From assembly GCA_964016885.1 (NCBI GenBank), contig OZ024742.1, positions 312,790,001-312,854,000 on the forward strand: 64,000 nucleotides of DNA, in the 5' to 3' direction. The position numbers were made by a program, and so were the translations under genes. The stretch is from Eledone cirrhosa. Lineage: Eukaryota. How positions within the stretch are numbered: position 1 is the first letter of the stretch; the number at the start of each line of letters is the position of its first letter. Under the pieces are notes generated by a model. The model was not told where the DNA came from and made no database searches. It saw nothing but the letters and a program-made list of their open reading frames with translations. Below are positions 24,780 through 39,029 of the stretch, one piece after another.

Positions 24780-25008
24780 TTAACCCTTTAGCGTTTACAT
24801 TACACTATATATATTAATGTATTTTTGTGGTAAAGTCTTTATCTTACATAATTATCCCATATAATATTGAATCTACGAGATTTTGATGCTATTTATTTTG
24901 AGAACAATACCTTAACATCAGTATGAGCAGCCAGTTATGGCTGGTTTGAACAGAAAGAGGTGAGTTAATTCTGGCCAAATATAGCCAGTTTAAATGCTAA
25001 AGGGTTAA
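24780..25008 (-). mobile_element. piggyBac-type MITE family A
   Basis: Inverted copy with TTAA at both ends. Confidence 0.85.
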
Positions 25009-25184
25009 TCATTGATAATTAATACAAAAAGGCAGTATATTCTTGTTAGAAATATGGTCACAACTTTCAACTTAGTAGCATCATTAAAATGAGTTTGTGT
25101 TATGTAGAAAACATACAATTTTCAGTCTATGTGTACCTGTGTTTTAGCAAGTATTATTGATTTAACAAAATAAAATTAATCAAC

Positions 25185-25475
25185 AGCTACTTCTCCGAAT
25201 TGAGACATCACTGCTCCGATACTATGGGCATGTGGTTAGAATGTCTCAGAAAAGAATCACTGGACAGATTTTACGGGCAAAAGCAACCAGCAGGAGACCC
25301 AGGGATAGACCCCGATGGTTGGATAACATCCATGGGCTTGGCTGGTCATGCTTGGAGATCCAACCGGATCCATTGGAGGCAGTTGCTTCTGACAGAACCC
25401 ACTGGAAGGAGTGTTTGAGGACTGCGCCCACAACCCTTTCAGAAATAAGTGGGCGAAGAAAAAGAAGAAGAAGAG
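25185..25475 (+). mobile_element. 3' fragment of an Expander/Rex3-like RTE LINE
   Basis: MVRMSQKRITGQILRAKATSRRPRDRPRWLDNIH...ASDRTHWKECL, plus a (GAA)n tail. Confidence 0.8.
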
Positions 25476-25559
25476 CTACAATAACAAAACAAATGCCAAA
25501 CTAATGAGGGAGCATCTACATAGTCGCCTGACACTACCCCGAATCACAGGATAGGATGG

Positions 25560-26080
25560 AAGAAGTTTAGGGAACTACTACATCTGTTGACAACAAAGGT
25601 TTCTCTCTACATCAAAAGGATGGCTGTATGACACCTGTGTATACAGTGCAATGCTGTATAGTAGTCAAACATGGGCAGTGACTGCAGAGGATATGTGAAG
25701 GCTGGAGAGAAATTAAGTAAACATAATTCGATGGATGTGCAATGTTAATGTAAGAGAACACCAGCTTGAATGAAGTGAGAGAAAAATTAGGTATGAGAGG
25801 AATCAAAAGTAGTGTGCAAGAGAGAAGACAGCATTGGTGTGGACATATGGTGCTCATGGATGATGATCACTGGGTGAAGAAGTGTCAAGTGGAAGGAAGC
25901 CACAGTAGAGGAGGGCCAAGGAAAACCTGGAGAGAGGTGGTGAGAGTTGATCTGAAATCACTGAAACTCAGAGGAAATGATGAAGGATTAGGACTTGTGG
26001 CGAGATGCTGTGCTGAAAAGGACCCATCCAATGCATGCAAGTGTGGAAAAGTGGATGTAAAAATGATAATGATGATGACA
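25560..26080 (+). mobile_element. 3' fragment of a diverged RTE LINE
   Basis: NEVREKLGMRGIKSSVQERRQHWCGHM...GGPRKTWREVV, homologous to the C-terminus of the main RTE family. Confidence 0.8.
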
Positions 26081-27211
26081 GACTGAACAATCTAGTCATT
26101 GATCTACAATAATGCCACTAGAACCATTACAAGATTTTCTCTACCCCATATAGCTACAATAAATTGAAGTCAGAATGTTATCATTTCATATTTTGATTAA
26201 AGTTATGGTTGTCATCTCGAACCCCTATTGTTCACTTCAAGGAAACCACCAATCCCTTAATATGGTGGAAATAAGAAGCCATGCCTTTTCTTTAACAGTT
26301 TCTCTTCTCTTGTTTCATCTCCCCACTCTAATTCTATTGTTATCTGATTCTCTATATCTCTATGTCTGCTTTACTCTTCCTCTTTTATGCTGACTGCTGT
26401 GCATCTGGTGTCTAGTAAATTCACACATGCAAACACATACAATTAGTATTGTAATATATGCATGATATCACAGTATATATTTGAATATCACATAATAATT
26501 ATATCACATATAACAAACCAGCCAGATATGTCATGGATATACCTACATGTATAATTATATGCTATATACTAATAATTCCTTGTTAAGAAAAATGTACTTT
26601 CTTAGGAAACGGTAGGCAGAAGTGAACAGCAATTATTGCATGGCACAAGACACAAGCCCATTGATTTGTCTTCAACAGAAATGCCACCAAAACATATATA
26701 CCATCTTGAACAACCAGCCCACTAAGCTGATGTACTTATATTGCCAAGATAATTGGTTTATCTGTGCAAACCGTTTGGACAGTTGAATTACTCAAGTCAG
26801 GCAGAATTTTTCCTTCTACTTACTAGAGATCTTCATGACAAATTCTAAAGACAGCACATCTAAAATAATCAAAGGAAGAGAGGAATGTTAACTACTGCTA
26901 ACAGTATCTGACTAACGTACATAATCAAAGAGAATGTTTTCATTGGAAGTCTTGTTCAAGGATTCGAAAAGTGTATTGAAGCTTGCTGCTCTAGGGAACT
27001 GTCACAGGAATCTATCTGCTAAATCTATCAAAGCTGATTAATTGAATTGGTCACAGGCCCATTTTATTTTTTGTTCAAACTCTAACACCATCTATTATGT
27101 TTCAGATTCTATACATATTATTCAAGACAATTTATCAATATTACTTTAGATCTCAGCTTATTATATAGTTGCAGCCAACTTGCTAGAAAGCGTTCAACCT
27201 GATTTATCTAT

Positions 27212-27243
<32 letters not shown>

Positions 27244-27592
27244 TATTCTTTTTTTTGTGAATGTCACCATGTAGAATTTCTTCAATGCAACTATAAGAGT
27301 GCATGTATACAATTTCTGTGTCTATGTCCATATGTGAACATGAATATACATAAAGATATACAAAGATAGATAGGTAGTTATAGAAATATGCAAACAAATA
27401 TACAAAGAAACACACAGATATATGTTCAATTTTAGTATTTTATAGTAGTTGTTAGTGTAGATGAACAAACTTGAATCAGTGTTGAATTTAAACAACTATA
27501 TAATTGGATATAAAAAATACAAAGAACATATATTCCCAGTAGTTTTTCATAGATTTGATGTTGCTATTCAAGATCACAGTATACATAGTTAC

Positions 27593-27652
<60 letters not shown>

Positions 27653-27653
<1 letters not shown>

Positions 27654-27993
27654 CATCATCATCATTTCATTTTACTTCCGCTTTTTCCCTGCTTGCAAGG
27701 GTGGGACGGGAACTGATTCTGGCTTGATTTCTACAGCTGGATGCCCTTCCTAACACCAACCTCATTTACAGTGAGTGCTGGGTGCTTTTTTGCCGTGGCA
27801 CCTCCACGACCACTTTGCAGTGGAATGACAGGGACCCCAGTCCCTATCATCTCATTTCTACAGCTGAGTAAACTGGAGCAATGTGAAATAAAGTGTCTTG
27901 CTCAAGGAAACAACACATCACCCGGTCTGAGAATTGAACTCACAACCTTTCGATTGCAAGGCCAATGTTCTAACCACTAAGCCATGTGCCTCC
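27653..27993 (-). mobile_element. SINE family S1
   Basis: Full-length reverse copy. Confidence 0.9.
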
Positions 27994-28028
27994 ATATATA
28001 TATATATACACACGCACACACACACACA

Positions 28029-28083
<55 letters not shown>

Positions 28084-28084
<1 letters not shown>

Positions 28085-28390
28085 GAGGCAATCGAAAGGT
28101 TGTGAGTTCAATTCTCAGACCGGGTGATGTGTTGTTTCCTTGAGCAAGACACTTTATTTTGCATTGCTCCAGTTTACTCAGCTGTAGAAATGAGATGATA
28201 GGACTGGGGGTCCCTATCATTCCACTGCAAAGTGGTCGTGGAGGTGCCACGGCAAAAAAGCACCCAGCACTCACTGTAAATGAGGTTGGTGTTAGGAAGG
28301 GCATCCAGCTGTAGAAATCAAGCCAAAATCAGTTCCCGTCCTACCCTTGCAAGCAGGGAAAAAGCGGACGTAAAATGAAATGATGATGAA
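28084..28390 (+). mobile_element. SINE family S1 with the A-box region deleted
   Basis: GGAGGCA is joined directly to ATCGAAAGG; otherwise near-identical to the neighbouring inverted copy. Confidence 0.9.
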
Positions 28391-28409
28391 ATGATGATAT
28401 ATATATATA

Positions 28410-30828
28410 TATCATCATCATCATCATCATCAATTAACGTCCATCTTCCAAGCTTGCATGGGTTTGGACAGGAGTTTTCCCACTTGAGGCAAGAGTGGTT
28501 GTCTTGCTCGCATAGGACTGTCTGGCGGGTTTTCTACGGCTGGATGCCCTTCCTAACACCAACCACGTTTACAGTGTGGACTGGGAGGTTTTTACTGTGT
28601 TACCTACACGGCCACATTACAGCGTGGACTGTGTGTTTTTTGTCGTGACACCTACACAACCTCATTTGTTTCGGACTAGATGTTGTGGTACCAACATAAC
28701 TTTATTTTGAAAGGGGTGGTGTGGATGGGGTGGGGGTAGTGGGATGGGGGTGTATTTTGTTAGAGATGCCTACTGACTGTAGTAGGTTTCACCTTGTACT
28801 TAGGTAAGGCGGGTCTTTTGTATTACTGTGTAGCGCCAAAGATCTCGGTCCAGTGACATTGTCTTGGAGAGGTGTAAGTGTGTGAGATCGGAATTTATCA
28901 GGTCGTCCCAGGTTTTTTGGGGTCTGCCTACTCCATGGCTACCGTCTATTTTTATTGCCCTGCACTTTTTTATACAGTTGTCGTCTTGCATGCGCATCAC
29001 GTGACCATACCAACGTAGTCTTCACTTGAGTAAACAACATCTGATCCCTCTTATTTCTAATTGTTCCCTTAGTTCATTTATGCTTTGCCGTTCACGTATA
29101 TTACTATTACACATCGTTCCTCTCCAGTCTGCGTATATCCTCTGCACACAATGCCCAGGTCTCACTGTCATGTAACATTGCTGTTCGTATGCAGGCATCA
29201 TACAGCCTGCCTTTCATTTTTAGAGAGAACCCTTTAGCGGCTAATAGTGGTATAAGCTCTCTGAACTTTTTCCATCCAGTTCTGACTCTAGCTACTGTAC
29301 TTTCAGAGCAACCTCCACCACTGCTGATTTTGTCACCCAAGTAACGGAAGGTGTCCACTATTTCTATAGAACCATCTGTGCAATGGAATGAGCTAGTATT
29401 CTGTGGGCACTTGCTGCTACTTATTGCACCAGAGCACCGGCCACATATAAAATCTATATTCTTAGTTAGCTTACCTGTGATCCCACTACATCTTTTATGC
29501 ACCCATACTTTGCATTTGGGACATAAAATGGAGTTTCTGCCTACTCCTTTCCTACACACTGAGCATGACCATTCCCCGGATGGGACCGGTGCCCTATTTT
29601 CCTTCCTACAAACTAGAACTTTAGTCTTAGACAGGTTAATTTTAAGGCCTTTTGATTCTAGGCCATGCTTCCATGTTTGGAATTTCTTCTCTAGTTCAGC
29701 CATTGATTCAGCTATAAGCGTTAGATCATCTGCGTATAGGAGTTCCCATGGGCAGCCGGACTTGAACTCCTCTGTTATAGCCTGAAGGGCAATAATAAAT
29801 AGTAGGGGGCTAAGAATGGAGCCCTGATGAACACCAACTTTTACGCTAAACTCTTCACTATATTCGTTGTTAATTCTAACCTTGCTGACTGTTTCTTTAT
29901 ACATGGCTTGTATAGCTCTCCCAAGCCATTCGTCAACACCTAGTTTTCTAAGAGCCCACCAGATAATGGAATGGGGGACTCTGTCAAAGGCTTTCTCCAA
30001 GTCGACAAAAGCTAACTATAGGGGTTACTTTTAGCTAGGTACTTCTCCTGTAGTTGTTGTACAATGAAAAGAGCGTCTGTGGTACTTTTACCTGACACAA
30101 ACCCGAACTGCATTTCATCTAGATCAATTCACTCTCTGATTAGTTGCGCTATTACTTTTTCTGTGACCTTCATGACCTGGTCGATTAATTTAATGCCTCT
30201 ATAGTTACCCCTATCTAGGGCATCTCCTGTACCCTTGTAGCAGTTAATGATGATGCTGCTACGCCAGTCCTTCGGAACAACCCCATTCTGTATGACTTGG
30301 TTTACTATCCGGGTGACCATAGTGTGTCCCACCGTTCCAGAAGCTTTCAGCATTTCAGCAACTATTTCCGAAGGCCCAGCCGCCTTACCCGTCTTCATAT
30401 CTTTGATTGCCTTACTTATTATACTACCTTCGAGTAACACTGCTGGTCCCTCTATTGGATCGATGTGGGGGAGACTTCTTATCAGTGATGGCAAGTACAC
30501 CATCATCATTAAGGACACACTTCTCCGACACACTTCTCCCTGACAATATCACGGTTTTCCTTGACACATTGCCTAGCAATCCTGAACACCTCACGTTTTT
30601 GGTCCTCGCGTTGTAGAACATGCTTGAACTTTCATTCCTCTGCTTCCCTTCTTGCGAAGTACACTTGACTCCTAGCTTCCCTCCTGGCCACTTGATAGTC
30701 TTCTCTACTTCTCCCATCCCGCCATACTTTCCAAGCCTGCTTTTTGGCCTTAATTGACTCCTCCTCTTACTGTTCCACCACCACGTTACTCTCCTCCTGC
30801 CTATAGGCCTGCTCCAGCCACAGACTTC
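28410..30828 (-). mobile_element. 5'-truncated RTE-clade LINE, copy 2 (decayed)
   Basis: ORF 29107-30000 has RT motifs including YADD. Internal deletions and frameshifts; 3' UTR and (GAT)n tail. Confidence 0.95.
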
Positions 30829-31364
30829 ATATATATCTGTATGTATACAATATACAAAAATCACAACTAGTTAGTAAACAAAAAATTAAACTTACTTACT
30901 ACAATATACAGTATTAACAAACACTTTTAAAAATCTTTTCTGAAATATTTCACATTAGTGCAAACATCACCCACTGTATACAATCATTTTAGAAACAGTT
31001 CTCTTAAAAGCTATTAACAATAGTTATTCTAAAGTGATTCTAGATAATTCTCTGACAAATATATATATGCTAGTATGGGCACGTGATGTGTATATGGATG
31101 ATGATCATTGGGTGAAGAATTACCAAGAGTTCCAATTAGAAGGAAGCTGTAGAAGAAGAAGAACAAGAAAAACTTAGTCACAAGTGATGAGAGATATCAG
31201 GATACTGAACCTCTCAGAGAAGATGAAGAAGTTACACATCAAGTGTAGAAAAGTGGTGCTAGAGAAGATTTATCCCAACAATGTTAGCATTGAAAAGTAA
31301 ACATAAAAATGATGATGATGCTGATAATGATATAGAAATGTCTATCTACATATCTGTCTATCTA

Positions 31365-31390
31365 TACACACACAGACACACACACACACA

Positions 31391-31480
<90 letters not shown>
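31365..31480. repeat. (CA)n microsatellite
   Basis: Directly visible. Confidence 0.95.
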
Positions 31481-31486
<6 letters not shown>

Positions 31487-33625
31487 ACGACATTAGTAAA
31501 GAAACATTGGATTATTGAGGGAGTTGAAATGTTTAGAAAGTCTTGAACACAGAAAATAACTGTGAACACAGGTGATCACTACAAATAATAGCTTAGAAAA
31601 TCGGGTTACATGCCCCTATAGACGGAAAAAGTGGCTACTTTTCCAATAGTATAGGTATTTTACCCAATTTTTTAAGCTATTATTTATAACAATAAACTGT
31701 GTTATATCATCATCATCATCATCATCACCATTTAACGTCCATTTTATCAAGCTACCATCGGTTAAACGAGTTGTCCTGTTGTGAGCAATATCAGGTCAGG
31801 TGACCATGTCTTGCTCGTACAGAAATGATTTTGGTTTGGTTTCTACAGCTGGATGCCCTTCCTAACACCAGCCACATTTATAGGGAATATTGGCTGCTTT
31901 TTGTCATGACGCCTACACAACCATTTTACAGTGTGGGCTGGGCACTTTTTGTCATATTGCCATCCCAACCACTTTACAGTGTGGGCTGGAGGCTTCACTA
32001 GATGAATGTTTCAGCCTGTATATGCATGTATATATATATTGGCATGTACTTCAGAAAGGTGATACAATGGGGTAGAAATATATAATGGGCAAAGTATGAC
32101 AAATAAAACAAAAGAAATTAATGTATATTTCATAATATTTCAACCCTAAAATATTATGTTGATATATACTTGGTAAAAAAAACGCTGTAATCTTTGCCTA
32201 TCTGAGAAATTTACCATTATATCTAATTTCAATTCTATAATAAATAGACGCACTGATTTATTTTCTCTCTGCTTGCATAAATTCCACAAAACATTCCATA
32301 AAGTATACAGCTTATATCTAATACCTTACTAGTTTAAAATCCTCTTTCTCTTATATATCTTTTAAAAATATACCCATCTTTCTACCTTATTTCAATATTA
32401 TTTATTATATATTATATAATACAAGTTACTCATTCTATATCATTCCTCTTTATCACTTTCCTTTCTTCCTCTTTTCTTTTTAATTTCTAACCTCTAATCT
32501 GTACTTTTTCTTCCTAACTACTTCTCAATTCTTATTATTACTCACCACAACATTATCCATTCTTCCATCTTTCTTCATATCATTGGCCATAAAAATTATT
32601 ATTATCTTTTTAATACATTATAGTATTACCTTTAATAGTCCTTCGTAAACATAAACATTTTTTTTTACGTTAGATTTTTCTTCCTTAAATTCCTTATCTC
32701 TTCCTTTCATGCTCGTTTGACTTTTACATATTACAATACATAAAAACAAACTTAAACCCTAACTAATTTCTTTTAATATATTATATTATTACCATTAGAA
32801 AATATTTCGTAAACATATATATATTTTTTGATGTTAGATATTTTCTTCCTTAAACATTCTTTTCTTTGCTTTCTGCACTCATTTTTAAACAAACTATTTA
32901 CGTACATATATTACGAACACATATTACATTACATAAAAACAAACTTAAACACTAACTAATTCCTCTAAATTCATAACTCATTCCAAAGAAAGGAAAAGTG
33001 CCGAATGTCAGATCAGGCTAAGAAAATTATGTTTTCATTGGTCTTTCCCTTGCAGATACTATCTGCTTACTCAATATACTATAGTGTAAGTGAGTGATTA
33101 TTTTAAGAGCACTTGCACTTTTAAAATAATTTTCATGCACAATCAGGCATAAAAACGATGATGATGATGTAATTGATATCTGTGTGTTTGATTTTAGTTC
33201 TGTGTCAAAGACCAGCAGAAAGATCTATTTTTCTTGGTGCATGATCTAGCATTTTAAAATGATACTCTTAATTAAATCATGCAAAACCATTTTACTGGTT
33301 TCAGAGCTGATGAGGGTGAAGATATGTGTGTATAAACTTGTCTTCTACATCGCCTTTCTTTATTTCTGTCTTCCAGTCACTTTTATGTGCCAACACACTT
33401 CTTGTTCTCCTCTTCTTTCAATATTTCTATATTTAATCTGCTTGTCATCCACCTTGTGAATTATCTTTCTGTTGGCCACTGGTTTCTGTCCCCTGAGACA
33501 TTTTTGTCCATCGCTGCCTTTAACAGCTGTTCTAGGGATGAGTTTTTCATTTTTATTCAAATACACTCTCGCTTCGTCTTGATCAGAGACAACTTTGTTT
33601 TTTCATATATATGTATATACATATA

Positions 33626-33972
33626 GGCACATGGCTTAGTGGTTAGAGCATTGGCCTTGCAATCGAAAGGTTGTGAGTTCAATTCTCAGACCGGGTGATG
33701 TGTTGTTTCCTTGAGCAAGACACTTTATTTCACATTGCTCCAGTTTACTCAGCTGTAGAAATGAGATGATAGGGACTGGGGTTCCTATCATTCCACTGCA
33801 AAGTGGTCGTGGAGGTGCCACAGCAAAAAAGCACCCAGCACTCACTGTAAATGAGGTTGGTGTTAGGAAGGGCATCCAGCTGTAGAAATCAAGCCAAAAT
33901 CAGTTCCCGTCCCACCCTTGCAAGCAGGGAAAAAGCGGACGTAAAATGAAAAATGAAAAAATGAAATGAAAT
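33626..33972 (+). mobile_element. SINE family S1
   Basis: Full-length copy with A and B boxes. Confidence 0.9.
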
Positions 33973-34231
33973 ATAATGCCCACTTATTCCAGAGAGGGTC
34001 ATGAAGGCAGAGTCCTCATACGCACCTTCTAGAGCATCCTATCAAAATCAACCAGCTTATGCATGTTATCCAACCATCTTGCCTATGGTCTACGCTTGGC
34101 TCTCCTGCCATTTGGCTTTACTCATAAAATCTGTCTTGTGATTCTTTCCTTAGACACTCTAACCACACACACGTATATATATATATATTTGTTTTGCAAG
34201 GTTTCTGATATGAAATCGTGTGTCGAAACAA

Positions 34232-34812
34232 ATATTGTTATACTTGGGGAGGGTCATATTGTAATAATATCGCCAGAAATAATAACAGAACACACTCACT
34301 GTTTGGTTGGTTTTCGCCTCTGTATCTTTCATATCTCCATAGTTAATTTATTTGGCAATCAATGTTTATGATTGATTGACCAGCGGTTAAAAATACAGAT
34401 ATAAATAAAGAGTCTAACAAAGTTCTTTCGTTGCACATCTGCAACATCATCAGTGGTACTATTATCATGTTCGCTTCTATTGTATTGTATTGTAATGTTT
34501 ACACCATTTTAAATAAATAAAATAAAAATGGCTTAAACATTACAATACAATACAATAGGAGCAAACATGATAATAGTACCACTGATGATGTTGCAGATGT
34601 GCAACGAAAGAACTTTGTTAGACTATATATATATATTTATATCTGTAATTTTAACCGCTGGTCAGTCAATGATAAACATTGATTGCCAAATAAATGAACT
34701 ATGGAGATATAAAAGATACAGAAGCGAAAACCAACCAAACAGTGAGTGTGTTCTGTTATTATTTCTGGCAATATTATTACAACAATATGACCCTCCCCAA
34801 GTGTAACAGTAT
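34232..34812. repeat. ~580-bp foldback element with a hammerhead-like motif in each arm (Penelope pLTR-like)
   Basis: Arms of about 270 bp are highly similar. CUGAUGA-U-GUUGCA-GAUG-UGCAAC-GAAA occurs at 34582-34609 (+) and 34426-34453 (-). Confidence 0.8.
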
Positions 34813-34820
34813 ATATAGAT

Positions 34821-35164
34821 GGAGGCACATGGCTTAGTGGTTAGAGCATGGGGCTTGCAATCGAAAAGTTATGAGTTCAATTCTCAGACCGGGTGATGTG
34901 TTGTTTCCTTGAGCAAGACACTTTATTTCACGTTGCTCCAGTTTACTCAGCTGTAGAAATGAGATGATAGGACTGGGGTCCATATCATTTCACTGTAAAG
35001 TGGACGTGTAGGTGCCACGGCAAAAAAGCACCCAGCACTCACTGTAAATGAGGTTGGTGTTAGGAAGGGCATCCAGCTGTAGAAATCAACCCAAAATCAG
35101 TTCCCGTCCCATCCTTGCAAGCAGGGAAAAGCGGACGTAAAATGATGATGATGATGATGATGAT
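34821..35164 (+). mobile_element. SINE family S1
   Basis: Full-length copy; the (GAT)n tail runs into (TA)n. Confidence 0.9.
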
Positions 35165-35371
35165 ATATATATATATATATATATATATTTGGTTTAACAA
35201 CACATAATTGTAAGAGAATCTATAATCTATTTAGAACTGTGTTAAGTGAACATGATCATAGACCCGGACAACCCCCCCCCCTCCCGCCACTTTATATATA
35301 TATATATTTGTAAACAGAAATAACAAAACTAACAAAACAAACAGCACAGTACATGGAAGAAATATATTAGT

Positions 35372-35551
35372 TTAACCCTTTAGCATTTACATTACTCTAT
35401 ATATAGTATTATATTTTCATGGTAAAGGCTTTATCTCACATAATATCGAATCTATGAGATTTTGAAGGTATTTATTTTGAGAACAATACCTTAACAGAAA
35501 GAGGTAGAGAATTCTGGCCGGTTTTGGCCGTTTTGAACATTAAAGGGTTAA
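35372..35551 (-). mobile_element. piggyBac-type MITE family A, internally deleted
   Basis: TTAA target duplication and TIRs. Confidence 0.8.
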
Positions 35552-35573
35552 GGCTTAAAATAGCAGAATGAGA

Positions 35574-35612
35574 GTCTTAACATTTCGGACACTGGTCCTT
35601 CATCAAAAGATA
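35574..35612 (-). ncRNA. Degenerate minimal hammerhead motif
   Basis: Minus strand UCUU-UUGAUGA-A-GGAC-CAGU-GUCC-GAAA-UGU-UA-AGAC. The first box has U in place of C3. Confidence 0.4.
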
Positions 35613-35949
35613 GAGTTAGAAATAGAAGATAAATAGTATATATAGATACGATAGAATTTTGGACAGTTTCTATCTACCAAATTCCACTCACATATTGGCT
35701 AGCTTGAAGTGTAATCATAAAACAGAGGCCTAAGATACCAGACACAGGGATCAAACTGAACTGCATGACTACAGAGCAAACTGGTTAAACATATTGCTAT
35801 GACTGAGGTTATATGTATTCTGCTTTACATTTGTAAATGTTAATTGCTCAATAGATACTTTTGTAGGCTAGTGTGATAGGGTCTCATGTGACAGTGTGCA
35901 GAAAACCATATAATTGAATCTATTCATTGATTTCATACTAGTCTCTTTC

Positions 35950-36585
<636 letters not shown>

Positions 36586-37917
36586 TTTTTTAACATTCTT
36601 TGACCTAGATACCTTGATAATCTGACTTTTCTTACAGAGCAAATTTTTCTTGTTTTCTTTATATTTTTGCCTTGGGTTTTTGATGGCACAAATGTATTAT
36701 GAAAGTATCTCTGAATAAGGTAGTAATCCTACCCCACCCAGCAACAGTACCCCATCCCCACCACCACCACCACCACCACCACAGCAACTACAATAACAAA
36801 TTATCCCCCCAAAAATATAGTTACAAATAAAAAAAAAATAGTAACAGTAAAACAAAATAGTACATTTACGTGTTTTCTATCAAAAGATAGAGATATTGGG
36901 TATCTGTATGGTAGTCTGGGTACCGTCTGTGGGTGGATTGAAGACACAAACTATTTTAAAGGAAATCAAACACCGTAAAGGAATGCATATTTATTGAATT
37001 GAATTTTGCTGTTTTTGTTATTGTTTTTTTTTTATGTGGAGTTGGGTGGGGCGGGTCACTAATCTAGTGTGTGTGTGTGTATGTGTATCATCATCATCAT
37101 CATCGTCCTTTTACGTCCATTTCTCCACGCTAGCATGGGTTAGACAAGTTTTCCTGTTGTGGGCAATGCCAGGTCAGGTGACCACGCCTTGCTCATACAG
37201 AACTGATTTTGGCTTGGTTTTTACAGCTGGATGCCCTTCCTAACCCCAACCTCATTTACAGTGTGTACTGAGTGTTTTTTGTTGTGATACCTACATGACC
37301 ACTTTACAGTGAGGACTTGGTGCTTTTTGTCATGACATCTACATGACCACTTTACAGTGTGAGGTTAGTGGTTAGAGCATTGGACTTACAATTGAGAGGT
37401 TGTGAGTTCGATTCTCAAACTGGGCTTTGTGCTGTGTTCTTGAGCAAGACACTTTATTTCATGTTGCTCCAGTTTATTCAGATGTAGAAATGAGTTGTGA
37501 TGCAACTGGTGTCAAGATGTATTAACGATTGCCATTCTCTAGGACAACATCAAATGGTGTGGAGAGAGGTGACAGGCATGCATGGGTGACTGCTGGTGTT
37601 CCACAAACAACCTTGCCTGGACTTGTGCCTCAGAGGGGGAACTATCTAAGTGCAAATTCCATGGTCATTTGTGACCGAAGGGGGTCTTTACCCTTACACA
37701 CTGCACACAGTAAAGTAATAGTGCTAGTGCTACAATAAAACATACCCAGTACACCTTATAAAGTGGTTGGCATTAGGAAGGGAATCCAGTTGTAGAAATC
37801 ATGACCATGCCAAAATATGAAACATATGAGCAAGATCTGGTTCTCTGAGTGATCTTGGAGTGTGACTACATAACCAACCCATTCCCGCTAGGATTTAAAA
37901 AAAAAGGAGAGTTAAAA

Positions 37918-38302
37918 ATAATTGTTTCTACTTTTGGCACAAGGACAGACAGCAATTACCCAGTACATTTCTGGTCCTTTATTTTATCGACCCCATAAGG
38001 ATGAAAGGCAAAGTTAATCTCAGCAGGATTTGAACTCAGGCCGTAAAGGGACATAACTATGCTGGAAAGCATGGCATCCGACCCTCTACCGATACTGCCA
38101 ATTGGAGAGTTAAAAATAATTGTTTCTACTTTAGGCACAAGGCCAGCGATTACCCAGTGCATTACTGGTACTTTATTTTATCGACCGCGTAAGGATGAAA
38201 GGCAAAGTAAACCTCGGCGGGATTTGAAATCAGACCTTAAAGGGACGTAACTATGCTGGAAAGCATGGCATCCGACTCTCTACCGATACTGCCAATCCAC
38301 CG
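37918..38302 (-). mobile_element. Two tandem SINE S2 copies
   Basis: Two consecutive reverse copies, each preceded by GGAGAGTTAAAAATAATT. Confidence 0.85.
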
Positions 38303-38614
38303 AAATAATGAAGATGAGATAGTAATAGTTAGTTTGGTTCTACAATTAACATAACATATGTAATAGTAGTTTGAATGTAAATTGTAATAACTTGACAAAA
38401 CAAGAAGACAATATCTTCACTTATTCAGTAAAGTATTGATTCCACTAACAGGAATCTTCAGTCTGCCACAAATGGAACAAAATGGAACAAAATGGAACAA
38501 AATGGAACAACAGTGTTCTTGTTAAACAAATAAATGGTGAAGTTAAGTTAGCTCATCTCAGAGAATTAACGTTCTTATTCACATAATATGGCAGGAGGAG
38601 ATGGGTTCCAAGCC

Positions 38615-38669
38615 ATCATCATCATCATTAGTATCACCATCATAATTTTCACCATCATCATCATCATCT

Positions 38670-38741
<72 letters not shown>

Positions 38742-38782
38742 CCATCATCATCATCATCTTCACCTTCATAATCTTCATCATG
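38615..38782. repeat. (ATC)n microsatellite
   Basis: Directly visible. Confidence 0.95.
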
Positions 38783-39029
38783 TAAGTATTGAGGAAAATA
38801 GGACAAGTAACAGTTAATTCTTCCATTGATTTCACTTCCATTTGTCTATTTACTAGTAGAAATTGTCACATGATAACAGTGTCTACCATTCACTTCTCTC
38901 CTTCTTGACTACATTAACTCTTTTGTTACCATATTTCTAATGGAAGACACTACCTATTATGCCAAATCATTTTTAAAATAATAAAAAATTTGGTCGGCTG
39001 CACTGCGTCTGAGGCAAAAACCATATTGT

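Noticed and set aside
26560-27190. Non-repetitive stretch as a possible host exon
   Set aside because: No ORF of 60 aa or more, no recognisable motif and no convincing splice-site pair. A short exon or UTR cannot be excluded.
32160-32965. Possible decayed L1/Tx1-like LINE end with a ~130-bp local duplication (32644 and 32807)
   Set aside because: The duplication is visible, but the protein similarity is too weak to call by eye.
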